The translations under genes and the position numbers were made by a program. 64,000 nt of DNA from NCBI GenBank assembly GCA_002633005.1, contig NMRA01000976.1, positions 17,870 to 81,869 of the forward strand, in the 5' to 3' direction. The notes below the pieces were generated by a model that saw nothing but the letters and a program-made list of their open reading frames with translations, was not told the DNA's origin and searched no databases. Source of the stretch: Phoronis australis (lineage: Eukaryota; Animalia; Phoronida). Shown piece by piece: positions 25,411 to 38,935 of this stretch (position 1 is its first letter; each line of letters opens with the position of its first letter).

Positions 25411-27214
25411 GAGAAAAACATGAACCGAACGTCCCGCATCTAGTTAATAAATTCAGGTGTAAATGATTCCGTTTCTGGCTTTCAATAAAAAAATAGGCAA
25501 GTGACGTGTCGCAGTACTGTGATTTTGAAAGCAGATAATGCATTTGTTCAAGTAGTCATATTTTGTCTAGTTTTAAGTTTATTAAGAACGTGACATAGTG
25601 GACCACAGACCACGTCGTATGGTTGTCATTTTTGTTTCGGTGTGGTTTCACAAACCGTAGAATTTTATGAAAAAGGTTCGATGGTTAAAATAGTTGCAGA
25701 CTGATAGACTTTAATTCAAAAAATATATATTTTCTGAAAATAGAAAGACTGTAACATTTATTAATTGTCGACTTGATACCAATCCTCTGTTATGTGAATC
25801 ACGTTACCTAGCTTTCATTTCTAATAGAATCCAATAAAAAATAATGGTACATTCTAATCAAAACATCTACATGTATATCAGTAACATGTAATGTCATAAT
25901 TAATTGTAATTTAGATGTGTTTCATTTGCTCAACCGATGCGGAAATTCGTTGCGTTTTACACGATATTCTTCAAGACGGCAAATATGGCCGCCATTGTGA
26001 TGTTTTCAATTGACCTTGGTTGCATTCTAAATGGAGTGTCCAAGCACCACAAAACTTGCATTTTCCTCCACTTGTTTCAGTATTCAAAGGCTACTGGTCG
26101 CATTCCTTATCGCTGTGGTTTACATGCAGCGTGTGTCTTGCGAATTGCTCGAAGCCTAGTGTTCTTGTGTTGAAATCGAACTTGCTGAGTGGGCCATTTG
26201 TCGATTTTGTGGTTTGCTGAAACATTTATCCACTGTCTCTGGAGAGATTTTTCAGACCTTTTCCTATGTGGAAATAATTGCAAGAGCATTTGTTTTTCTC
26301 TAAGACTTGCATTTCTCGAGTTACTGGAGATTATCCCATATCGTGAGCATGCACTTTAAACTAGAATACATCACAACTGGTACGCGGTTTTATTGACATT
26401 CTTTCAGGCCCAGCTTCTAGTTTTTTATAAGCCGTTTAATCAGTTGATATGCCCTTCTGGGACCGGCTTCCCAATTAATAGCTCAGAGCTTGAATTTTTG
26501 TTGACATAATTGGTACTACTTGGCTACTTTTAAAAATTCAAAATCCCGTGTAGTCTAACTTTACTCCCCTATTCAGATTGCGTTGTTCCCATCGGTTTTC
26601 ATGGCCCGAAAAGAAAATTTAACAGAATATCCCGAATGCCTTCAAGACTTCTTTTATTCATGTATAATGAACTGATACGAAACAGTAGTGAAAGTAATTA
26701 CAATTATTCTCACCACTGGCCCAGTCGGTGAATAGAATCGTTCCTTTGATGACCGGCCTCTACTGAGAATGAAATGTGGATAAAACCAACAATCCAGTCC
26801 TTATTTCGTTTACATGTTTGCAGGATGCCGATGGTCACCTCCAGTTGAAGTTTTTTTTTGCTGTATCTCCGGTGTACCTTGACAGCTCTGTCTGAATATA
26901 ACGTTAGATATCGCCGCCAAACCTGTCGATCTGACTGGTAACCCCGTTTCTCGAACTGACATACATCTACTGTTCTCGACATTCACTGGTTGTACCTGTA
27001 CTTTCTTTGGCCTACAAGTTGCATTTTGAGTGATCGACATGCAAATGAATTTTTATCTCGTCAATACCAGTGTGACTGGTTTTCCGGCTAAAATCGGAAA
27101 CAAAATATTTCTGTAAGGGTAATTTTTTGCACAATGTTAAATTTGTGGTTCTCTATCTCCTCGATACTTTGACAGAACCTTCTGGAATTTGGTAGGTGAA
27201 TAGATCGGCCTTAA

Positions 27215-28868
27215 AGGAGAATGCCACCCGATTTCGATCGTCTTTTTTACTGTTTTAATCGGTCAGTATCCACCTTGCCTCTTATACGGTCGACCTCACC
27301 TTGCCGAGGTGTCGCGTTAACCTGTGAGGAAGGTGAGAAACGACGCAGCGACGTCAGTGGTTCGTCTGCAGAGTGAATGCCACTATAGTGCGTTGCATCG
27401 TTCCCCTTTGTCCGAACTATGAAGTTGCAAACAAAGTGGGTATACAATGTATCGTTTATTCGACTTCCTCGAGAGCCCGAAATGCTTAGGAAGTGGCTCG
27501 CGGTAGTGAATAATGAAAGGTACGCTGTTAATAGCAAGTATGAAGCCGTGAAACATCTCCGGGTCCGTGGCCGGCATTTCGTCGACAGTGATTTCTCTGA
27601 CGAATTCCGGCTTACCAAAGAACTATCCATACGTTCCGTTGCCTGTGCATGTTCACGGCACCTCTCTTGTATTTTTTGATCAATGTATTCCTGTTCGAAC
27701 TGATAGCCTGTGAAATCTAACGATCCGACTCGTGAAGTCTTCGTCGGATGAGCTCTTGACGTAGTCAGGATTGGCACCGGGCGAGTTGTCATGTAGACGT
27801 TTATTATTCTAGGTTCTGTTTCAAAATAAATTATTCTCATCCTAACCAATGCTTATGTGAAACTGAAACAAAACTCATTGATACAATTTGTGATGCCTTT
27901 GCAGTATTCGTGAGTGCAAATGTTGAGAAGCCAGTAATGAAAAAAACACTGCATTACCAGCTTTTGATGCCGTCAACAAAGGTGACCGGGCACCGATGCC
28001 GTGCTAGAGCATGCTAATTCAGTGTTTGCTGACAAAAAACTGTTATGAAACAATTACTCGATTTGATATGCAATGGTCACATGTTAGGGGAATCTTTATT
28101 TAGAAATACAAATGCATTATTCAAATCATTGTTACTGTACAACCTTTGCCCTGACGGTCTGTGGAGGGGAGACGACAAGTAAGTAGATTCTCAGTTTCGT
28201 GGCTAACTCACATAAATAATTACGTGCATATTATTTCTTTGACTCGCTATCATGAATGGAGGTTTAGTTTCCAACTCAAGCTGGGCCTGATCGGGTTCCG
28301 AGCCACTGGCCGGGATAACGAGTCAGTCCGGCGCGACGGGCTTGATCGGGTTCCGAGGCACTGGCCGGGATAACAAGCGTTTTGTGTGTTTATAACCCAA
28401 AAAAATCACAAGTATATACAACACAGATCTAGGTTCTCCTATTTGTATTTCGTGGAAGAATACTTCGAATTTATCTCCGAACAGACACCAAACTCTTGCT
28501 ATGGACCTTGGTAAATTGGCCTACCGAACTTTGTAGGCTGCGGTGTGTCCAAGTACCAATAAATCCCTAACAGCGAAATATAAAAAGAAAGTTTTTATAA
28601 GAACTCGGTGTATTTTTAAGGGCTTTGCATCGAAGTTTGATGATTTATTGGTGTTAAACGATGAATTCAAGCGATAAGCTGACACCAGTAACCCGTGTTG
28701 TGAACTGCTGAACAGACTGCGTGTGAAACGGTTGACGTCATTGAATAATTTCAACACCTCCGTCTGCCGTCAGGTGTCAGGTAACGTAACCGAACGTGCC
28801 GTTATCGAATGGAACTACTAGATTTAAACTGATACACACTGGGTTGTTTTTTTGGGAGGCATGCTCCT
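27215..28868 (+). mobile_element. Non-autonomous Kolobok-type DNA transposon with a decayed THAP domain
   Basis: TTAA TSD at 27211-14 and 28869-72; TIR AGGAG(A/C)ATGCC(A/T)CCC. The paralogous block has an empty site with a single TTAA at ~49820. THAP motifs VRCIVPLCPN and SFIRLPREPEMLRKWL...RVRGRHFVDSDF are split by a frameshift. Confidence 0.85.
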
Positions 28869-30344
28869 TTAAGGGCTACATTGTATCTAGCGCGCTGGGT
28901 GTGAGTGGTTTCTTGCCACGACTTCGCTTTCTGGAGATATTCGAGATCTTATCATTTGGTGACTGCCCTTCAATTGACTGATTCCTCTATGCGCTATGGT
29001 TTGTCCTTTAGTGTACGCGTTATGGCGTGGTTCATGTTGGTGACGTTGGTTTCATAGACCTCTACTAGATTTCGCCAAGGTTTGTTCCATAGAGCGCTGT
29101 CGCTTTTTTGAATTCGGTCCACCTATTTCGTTTGCTATATCAAGATCCACTTTCAATCACAGGATCATTTAAAGGTGCATAAAAATATAGTTCTCATAGC
29201 CTGATCTGATCTACAGTTTCCGTACGAAGGAAAATACACTAAAACATGTACACATTTACAGCTGATTTCACAAAGGTGGTTTAAAGTTAAACCTGGTTTA
29301 TTCTGGACTTAGACCAGGTTTGAAGATAATCTGCATTTCAAAAAGGTGGTTTAACTTTTAGACCAATGGTTTAGTAAAATTTGGTTTAACTCCAGTTTAG
29401 ACCTGGTCTGAGTTTGTTTTCATTTCACCAACGCCTTCTTCCGCATCGGCAAATTTAGCCTCCCTGGTTGCGCGCATGGGCTAGTCAGCAAATTTGCACC
29501 CGAAATGCCAAACGATATCTGGTAGAATTTTAGGAGTACCATGGCCTCCTTGACCCCCCTCCCCTAAATCCGCCACTGAGATGTGCCCATCTGACATTGC
29601 CGGCACAAATGTTATTTGTCCTTTTGCTTAGCTCTAGATTATGGATTGAACACATTGATACGGTGCTAGGCCTTTTTACTGGCGATCATATTTTATAGAC
29701 CAAGTAGCTTTCTGATTTGCGTACTTAGTGTTGTCTATTTTATATGATTTTCGCGGTACTATTATTCCTGAGAGCCTGTTTCCGCCCTCTCGTATAGTTG
29801 TGTTCTGTAGTTTATTTGTAGATATTTTCTTTTTCTTTCATAGACATATAGTAGACATGCAAGTTTCCGTATGAAGATCTTCCTGTAACACATAGCTTAA
29901 TACACAGTTGTTATGTAACTGCATAGCAGCCAAATATGTAACAAATGCGTTTACATGTAACTTTCAATAAAATACTTTAAAACTGCCAACCTCGTGTCTT
30001 TTTATTGTGATTTTTGCCCGGTACATTTATATTCAAGTTTGCCTGCCCGTTAATGGTTTATCTGTCCGTGCTGTACTTCGTTTCGATATTAAGCTTCCAC
30101 TGCAGGTTAAATGTTGATGTTTTACTTTCTGGTTATGGGAATGAAACATTCGAAAAATTTTCCAAATGGTATCTCCAAACCAGCCTATGGGACTCAACTG
30201 AACTGGACACCATGCTACCGACGTTGTTCGTTAGACTAAACAGACTTGTTTTTGAATATCATACCATAGAAATTTGAGGTTTTAATTAATGATTGTATCA
30301 GACTGTCGGTTTTCATCTTAAAAGCACCATCAAATAAAAAGGAT

Positions 30345-33300
30345 TTTTGAATACTGATTTTGCATAAGTTCATGAATCTTTATATGAAATGACATGTACC
30401 ATGCTGATGGTGCTTTACCTTTTCTGTACCATTACTTGTATGCTACCTTTATAAAAATTCTACAATCTTTTTCTGTTTTCAGAGTACAATTTTGCATCGT
30501 GTTTCCCTAACAGCACATGCTTCCGGGTAAGGTTACTCCCCAGCCATTGTCACAACGCTTACCTCTTCTGGTACGCAAGTTAATTGTTCCAGCGCAATAC
30601 CAACAGTTGTGCATAATCTATTGACCTGAGCATATAGGAACCTGAACGTCAGGTATCTTCTGCTGAGCTACCCTAGCTCACCCACGGTGCATTAGATTCG
30701 TACTGATAGAAGGACACTAAACTTGGGGTAAGCAAGCGTGCCCTAAACCGGCTGAATTTCGCTAGGATTTGCTGCGATATGAGTGAGGGTGAGTTGGGTT
30801 TTGGGGGTGGCTTGGACCCGGGGAAGGCCTGGCCGGGAGCGTTGGGTATCCCTGTACCATGCGATAATCGGGTGGGAAACACTGCAGGTCCTCCAGGTAT
30901 GTTTATGCCTGCACTTTTATGTAGGGGAATTTCCCTTGTAGTTAAGGCATAGCAGTGTCTGGTAGGTGGGTGTGGTACATGTATGGTGTCAGTAGAGGTG
31001 CCTGTAATGTACAGCAACCACAACTCCGGCTCTATCGTCGCCCAGGGTGTGGCTGGGATTCGAGCTTTGCGGGAGCGGTACCGTTCATCGTGAGGTATCT
31101 AATCTGCTGTGCCTCATGTCGAACGTCGTGCCTGCTCTCCGGAGGGGGGGGGGGGGAGATTCAATGAATATGGAGGCAAATTCGGGAATGGCATTTCTCA
31201 TTGGTTCCTACTACCTTTTTCCCCCATCCCCTGCCACTCCTCTACCAGGGTCACGGCCCCCACGCGGGTTGTGGCGGTGGACAGGATCCTTCATCCATGA
31301 ACAACCCTGCCCATGTGGCACATACTGATCCACAACACCACGTCCCTTACTATATCTCTTTGTATCACTCCGGCTAATCTGCTCACCCATTTTTTCCAGA
31401 ACCTGATTTGCAGGTTGTTACTGCACAGTTGGCTGTTTGGTGTACCCACTTGGTACTTTATATGTTATTTACCCATTTGGCAGTTTGTACCCACTTGGTA
31501 CTTGTTACTGAATTTGCCGTTTTGCTCGACCCACTTGGTAGGCCATCGACCAATACCCATTTGCTATTATGAACCCATTTAGTACTGTGTTTAAGGTTAA
31601 TATCAGATAAAAGATATTTGCAAATGTCTATTTCGGCTGCGTAGTACATGTAAGTGTATGATTTATCTCTCGGAAGGAGAACATCAGGTACACGTATGTG
31701 AATGTTCAAGTTTTTGTATTTCAGAGCGGGACCAGGTGAGTGAGATGTAGCCAGGTGAGAACGCCGTGCTGATCACCTCGGCTTTCAACTAATCCTGTAG
31801 GCATCGCCTTCGCCTTCTAGAACCCAGGGCCCGGTCTCCAATCTCCGTGCTAGGACTCGAATCATGCTCAAACCCACACTTCATACTCAATTCGAGTACA
31901 TATTCAGCTTTGGTGTACTCAATGTCATACTCGAAATATCTTTACTCGAAATTTCGCACATGTACTCAATTCTCGAGTATACTCGAACTGAAGTGTACAT
32001 GTATCTCATCTATATTTCGAATACGATTTTGAGTAAAATTCCTAATATATGCTCCAAATTTCAAGTTTGGTCTGGCGTTGCGCTTAAAATCGTACTCTAA
32101 AGTAAATGCATGTACGAGCGAGAGAACAAAATATCGAAAGGCCATCGAGAGACAAGCAAATCTAAAAAAAAATAAGTCCCTTTACCACATTTCAGCGCTT
32201 CAATTTCAGTTGAGAGATAATAGTTGTCATTTTAAATCTTCTTATTCTTCACCTTATTAACCCGCCGTATCTCTGCATGTCAACGCCGCAAATTTATAAA
32301 CTCCTGAACTGAGGCCGAGCGTGCGTGAGAGCAGAAGTTATTTTAAATTTCTCGGGCGGCTGAGGGACGCGCAGTACATGTACGTATATCAGATTAAGGG
32401 CGGGGGTGGATAGGCACGGTTCGAAATAATGTGTGGGAGCGGCGATGATCTCTTTGTGAGCACATAATTACACGGTGTGGGGATACTACAAAACGCCAAC
32501 AAGTGCCTGATTCTTGATCGGGGGTGACTTCAGATCCGTGAGAGAGTAATACCGTGCGTGAGAGAAAAATATTTTCCGTTGGCAATCCCGAGCGATGCAC
32601 AGGAGAGGAACTGAGTCTATGTTATAAAACGTTTGAACATAAACCAATGACATTTCTGAATTCTCCATCAAAACCTGGTTAATATGTTTAAAGTTTTTGA
32701 ATCACCAAAATCTCCCAACTATACAATCGAAGTCAATACTATCACACGCGGCTCACAACCGCTGTTCGTCTGGTAAAATCACGGAACGGGAAAACACCCT
32801 AATGAACTTTTAAAACCTGTCGTTTATCTATATGACTCCAATGAGGTCATTTTTCACAGTAGTTCACGTTAAATTTAGACTCCCAATTAAATGCGACCTG
32901 TGTCGTATTTTAATTTTACGTAGTTACCCGGGGTCATTTTCAATACTGAAAACTAAGGCTTATTGGGGCACAACAAAAGTACGTCCCAAATGAGCAGCAC
33001 GTCTCCTGGATATAATGTATTTGCATGGAGCAACACGAATTAAAAAATAAATTAGCGCGATCTTACTGCTTTCTCTTGAAAAAACGAAAAAAATAAAATG
33101 CTCACAGTGGATAACAAGCGTGCAGCCGCTCAGACAATTGACCTATCGCAAGCTCCGCCCCTATGCGAAGAGTCACGTGATACCCGACATTCATACGAGA
33201 TGTCAGTGGCAAATACACTGTCGCTAAACGACGTTCCTGGTGGAATCGATGAGTGTTTTTGCACTATTTGAAAATGCTTCGACAGAGACAAGAGGTGATG

Positions 33301-36300
33301 CTTTTCAACAGAGAATCGTACGTTCATGATATGGGAATTTGTAAAGGTGACGATGAAAAAATGGCTCGAGGAGCCAGCGAAAATCCCCTCTGCCTCGGGG
33401 CCACCTTCACCTGACAAATGACAAGGCCACTGATACGACATGTTCATGTAGAGCTGGATATGTACCTTAAAGTCGAATTATCTGTACGATTCCATAGATT
33501 TCATGATCTTTCGAATAAAATCAGTGAAGATTCACCGATATTTTTATTCTGTCGTCTGCTAAATTTCGCCAAATGAAAAGTAGGTCACAACTGGTGGGAC
33601 TCCTGGANTTTTGAATACTAAGTTTGCATAAGTTCATGAATCTTTATATGAAATGACATGTACCATGCTGATGGTGCTTTACCTTTTCTGTACCATTACT
33701 TGTATGCTACCTTTATAAAAATTCTACAATCTTTTTCTGTTTTCAGAAAACACATGCACCTTCTGAGTACAATTTTACATCGTGTTTCCCTAACAGCTCA
33801 TGCTTCCGGGTAAGGTTACTCCCCAGCCATTGTCACAACGCCTACCTTTTCTGGTACGCAAGTTAATTGTTCCAGCGCAATACCAACAGTTGTGCATAAT
33901 CTATTGACCTGAGCATACAGGAACCTGAACGTCAGTTATCTTCTGCTGAGCTACCCTAGCTCACCCACGGTGCATTAGATTCGTACTGATAGAAGGAAAC
34001 TAAACTTGGGGTAAGCAAGCGTGCCCCAAACCGGCTGAATTTCGCTAGGATTTTTCTGCGATATGAGTGAGGGTGAGTTGGGTTTTGGGGGTGGCTTGGA
34101 CCCGGAGAAGGCCCGGCCGGGATCGCTGGGTTTCCCTGTACCATGCAATAATCGGGTGGGAAACACTGCAGGTCCTCCAGGTATGTTTGTGCCTGCACTT
34201 TTATGTAGGGGAATTTCCCTTGTAGTTAAGGCATAGCAGTGTCTGGTAGGTGGGTGTGGTATGGTGTCAGTAGAAGTGCCTGTAATGCACAGCAACCACA
34301 ACTCCGGCTCTATCGTCGCCCAGGGTGTGGCTGGGATTCGAGCTTTGCGGGAGCGGTACTGCTCATCGTGAGGTATCTAATCTGTACTCATGTCGAACGT
34401 CGTGACTGCTCTCTGGAGGGGGGGGAGGGGGTGAGTATGAATATGGAGACAAATTCGGGAATGGCATCGGTCCAATTCTCATTGGTTCCTACTACCTTTT
34501 TAACCCTGCCCATGTGGCACATACTGATCCACAACACAACGTTCCTTACAATATCTCTTTTTATCACTCCGGCTAATCTGCTCACCCAGTTTTTCCGGAA
34601 CCTGTTTTGCAGATTGTTACTGCCCAATTGGCTGTTTGGTGTACCCACTTGGTACTTTATATGTTATTTACCCATTTGGCAGTTTGTACCCACTTGGTAC
34701 TTGTTATTGAATTTGTCGTTTTGCTCGACCCACTTGGTAGACCATCGACCAATACCCATTTCCTATTATGTACCCATTTAGTACTATGCTAACCTGTGCC
34801 ACTTAGTATTCGATACTCAATTACCCTTAGGGTATCGGAAATGTGGGTGTTATCTCTTATAATTAAGGAACCCATCTGATTCCTTCTGTGAAATATTTAT
34901 TTGTAGGGCTGTGATCCCGAAACTCCCAATACAACTTAAAAATATATATTATTCTTGTTGTTTTATTTGTCCCCAATAATGACAGTTACACCAAGCTACA
35001 ACTCTAATGTCTCTGTTCACAATTAGCCCAGTGTTTACATTGTCCAGTCGGTATAAAACACAAGAGCCTGCGAACTTTAGAGACCACATGAAACTTAGTT
35101 ATGTCTTTCTATTAAGAACACTCTTAAGATATAATACTGAAAATGATTTTAATTACCAGGTTTCAGGTTGTCCTCTGACGTTATATATCCTAAGTTAATT
35201 AGTAGTCACAGAGATTGTTGTCATCGAATGCTTTGGAACAGTCCATGGTTAGGACTTTTGTCTGAGCACTGTACAATATTAGTTGCTAATAATGACATAA
35301 TTGAATTGTAGCAGTTGCGTTTCACAATACCTATTAGACCAGAACCTGTGCTTAAGGTTAATATCAGATAAACGATATTTGCAAATGTCTGTTTCAGCTG
35401 CGTAGTAAGTGTATGATTTATCTCTTGGAAGAAGACCATCAGGTACACGTATGTGAATGTTCAAGTTTTTGTATTTCAGAGCGGGACCAGGTGAGTGAGA
35501 TGTAGCCAGGTGAGAACGCCGTGCTGATCACCTCGGCTTTCAACTAATCCTGTAGGCATCGCCTTCGCCTTCTAGAATCCAGGGCCCGGTCTCCAATCTC
35601 CGTGCTAGGACTCGAATCATGCTCAAACCCACACTTCATACTCAACTCGAGTACATACTGTACACAGCTTTGGTGTACTCAATGTCATACTCGAAATATC
35701 TGTACCCGAAATTTCGCGCATGTACTCAATTTTCGAGTATACTCGAACTGAAGTGTATCTCATCTATATTTCGAATACGATTTTGAGTAAAATTCCTAGT
35801 ATATGCTCCAAATTTCAAGTTCGGACTGGCATTGTGCTTGAAATCGTACTCTAAAGTAATACATGTACGAGCGAGAGAACAAAATATCGAAAGGCCATCG
35901 AGAGACACAGCAAATCAAAAAAATAAGTCCCCTTACCACATTTCAGCGCGTCAATTTCAGTTGAGAGATAATAGTTGTCATTTTAAATCTTCTTATTCTT
36001 CACCTTATTAACCCGCCGTATCTCTGCATGTCAACGCCGCAAATTTATAAACTCCTGAACTGAGGCCGAGCGTGTGTGAGAGAAGAAGTTATTTTAAATT
36101 TCTCGGGCGGCTGAGGGACGCGCAGTACATGTACTTATATCAGATTAAGGGCGGGGGTGGATAGGAACGGTTCGAAATAATGTGCGGGAGCGGTGATGAT
36201 CTCTTTGTGAGCACATAATTACACGGTGTGGGGATACTACAAAACGCCAACAAGTGCCTGATGCTTGATCGGGGGTGACTTCAGATCCGTGAGAGAGGAA

Positions 36301-36880
36301 TACCGTGCGTGAGAGAAAAATATTTGTCCGTTGGCAATCCCGAGCGATGCACAGGAAAGGAATTGAGTCTATGATATAAAATGTTTGAACATAAACCACT
36401 GACATTTCTGAATTCCCCATCAAAACCTGGTTAAATGCTTAAAGTTTTTGAATCACCAAAATCGCCAAACTATACAATCGAAGTCAAGACTATCACACGC
36501 GGCTCACATCCGCTGTACGTCTGGTAAAGTCACGGAACGGGAAAACACCCTAATGAACTTTAAAAACCTGTCGTTTATCTATATGACCCCAATGAGGTCA
36601 TTTTTCACAATAGTTCACTTTAAATTTAGACTCCCAATTAAATGCGACCTTTGTCGTATTTTAATTTTACGTAGTTACCCTGGGTCATTTTCAATACTGA
36701 AAACTAAGGCTTATTGGGACACAACAAAAGTACGTCCCAAGTGAGCAGCACGTCTCCTGGTTATAATGTATTTGCATGGAGCAATACGAAATAAACAAAA
36801 AATTAGCGCGATCTTACTGGTTTCTCTTGAAAAAACGAAAAAATAAAATGCTCACAGTGGATATCAAGCGTGCAGCTGCT
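30345..36880 (+). repeat. Near-identical direct duplication (30345-33130 and 33609-36880)
   Basis: Colinear, highly similar copies. Copy 2 starts immediately after the N at 33608 and has an extra segment at about 34790-35345. Confidence 0.9.
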
Positions 36881-38088
36881 AAGTCAGTTCGAGAATCTGC
36901 CACTGGTTGTGATATTCTATTAGTTTGATATTTTTCCTATCGACTGATTGACACTTGAAAAAACGCATTTAAGTGGGACATCACATGTTTTTTTAATGTT
37001 TCTGGAAAAACTTACACTCTTCCGCCTCTTTATTTGTTAGATATCGCGCTTTGAAAAGAGCAATTTTCCCCGTTTGTTTACACGGCAATTAGCCGTGTCA
37101 CGTGACTAGTAACACTCTCCAATATGGCGTTAAGTTGTCAGCTGCGGTAGCGCGTGCGCCCGGTCTATTCATGAGATAGAAATCGCAAAGCCAAGTAAAC
37201 CACCCACATAAAATCAGAGCCTGTACTCTAGCCGGGCTACAGCAGCACACATCGCATACTTATGAAGACACCAGGTACGATCCCGGCTGCTGAAAGTGTA
37301 TTAAGTGATACGAAAATTATGGAAGATGACATCATTTAACACTGAAGCACCATTGGGACGAAACTTCTTGTGAACAAATTAAGAGACCACCCCTTATTGT
37401 TTATAAGGAATCATTGGCGCGAGAAAAAAATTGATTGACTCCAGAAGTTCCGCCAATGAAATATGAACACAACTGACCTTAGCAAAGAGGGCGGTATTTC
37501 TTTGGCCTCTTACCTGCCCAATACACTTGTTGCATCGTTCTGTAAAACAGCTGTCACATGTTATAGGATCTATCCCATTTAAGTAGGTCAGGGAAGGATT
37601 GATACACTGTGCCTCGTTCGTTATTGATTGAGACTGGGCTACGCCAAACGAGCAGCCGTGACAAGCAACTCAGTCTTGAGGTTCAGTAACCCGCTGTAAT
37701 TCCTTTGAAGCCCGGAAAATGATTCTGACGGAGGAAAGTCGAAACGAGTTTCGCAACTGCAAGAGGTCTAAGTCGTACTGAAAATTCGAAAAAATGCCAT
37801 TGGCGTTCTCTGGTTAATGGGGGGGGGGGTTATCTAAAAGTCCACATTTGTTTTGATTCCTCTCCGAATGCTTGTTCGAAGCAGCGCTTATTATATCATT
37901 TGAGTGCTAGCCCACGGTCTTGTCATATATTTACAATGAAACATCGTTTTGCGCTGTTGATATAAAAATAAAACGCAATAAATGCGTTTAGAGATATTTA
38001 TATTTTCTTCGAAATGATTGTGAGATATTTCCAATACATTTCAGCCAATACAATTTAAGACTGGCAAATGAAGATTACTGAAACAACT

Positions 38089-38239
38089 TCATTCCATATC
38101 GTCGACGAGTTCCCTTTTAACCTGGCGTTCCAAACTGCCTGCGTTCCCTTCACTGTCCAAGGACGACTTTTGGGAGGCGCTTGCACGCCTGACTTCGTGG
38201 AACTTGGCCGCCCCTACCTCAAGGTGTGCTTCGGAGACG
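38089..38239 (-). CDS. Secreted prepropeptide gene copy B, exon 3 (peptide exon)
   Basis: Acceptor tgtgtttacag|C. Encodes VSEAHLEVGAAKFHEVRRASASQKSSLDSEGNAGSLERQVKRELVDDME*. Confidence 0.85.
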
Positions 38240-38935
38240 CTGTAAACACAGCAACAAATCCAATAGCTTTCTAGAAACAGTGCTGAATAAATATTCCGGC
38301 TAACTTTAAACTAAGACATATTATAATCGAACCACTTTATGTACTAAAATAGTGCCAAACCCGGTTTTGACAACTTTTCGTAAAGTGTTTTTGTTAACCG
38401 TTATTAAACATTTAGTACCTCTCCTGAAAGATGGATCAATACAATATTTGTTTAAGATGACCCTGTTGTATTGCAAAATGTGTTATGCATGTAGTATTAT
38501 TCCAAGTGTATGGTGTTTTCCCTGATTAAAATATAATCGCGGACGCAAAATGTTCGTGTATGCCTGTTTGCCGAATTTATAGTTCAGACGCTGTGTCCCG
38601 GTGTTTTTGTTGCTAACTGTCAAACATTTGCTATCGGTTTCGGCAGAACAAAACTCAATCATAAGACTCAAGTGATTTGACAGTCCACTGGTAAATGTGT
38701 TGTATGCAGACGTGCTGGATTCTGCTGTTTGAATGAGAGATGTCAGTCAGCAGGCTGCAGCCTTTATTCAGACCTATTGTCATGAACTATGCAGATTCAT
38801 GAGTTTATGCCATGTTTTTTGGATGGAAAACATACTGAGTTTGGTTTTAACTATTCGTTTATTTATGTTAATTCTCTTAGTAAGGAATAGCTCAATACAT
38901 ATATTAAGGAGATATTGCAATTTTTCTAGTGTAAA

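Noticed and set aside
22440-27210. Idea that the repeated blocks are an endogenous DNA virus or Polinton
   Set aside because: No capsid, polymerase, ATPase or integrase motifs were found, and no frame stays open in both copies outside the two small exons. The blocks are explained as UTR, introns and upstream DNA of the peptide gene.
27247-27849. 200-aa minus-strand ORF
   Set aside because: It is antisense to the THAP relic inside a transposon and has no recognisable motif.
30673-31023. Pro/Gly-rich ORFs in the 30-37 kb duplication
   Set aside because: They are frameshifted between the two near-identical copies and contain no recognisable domain.
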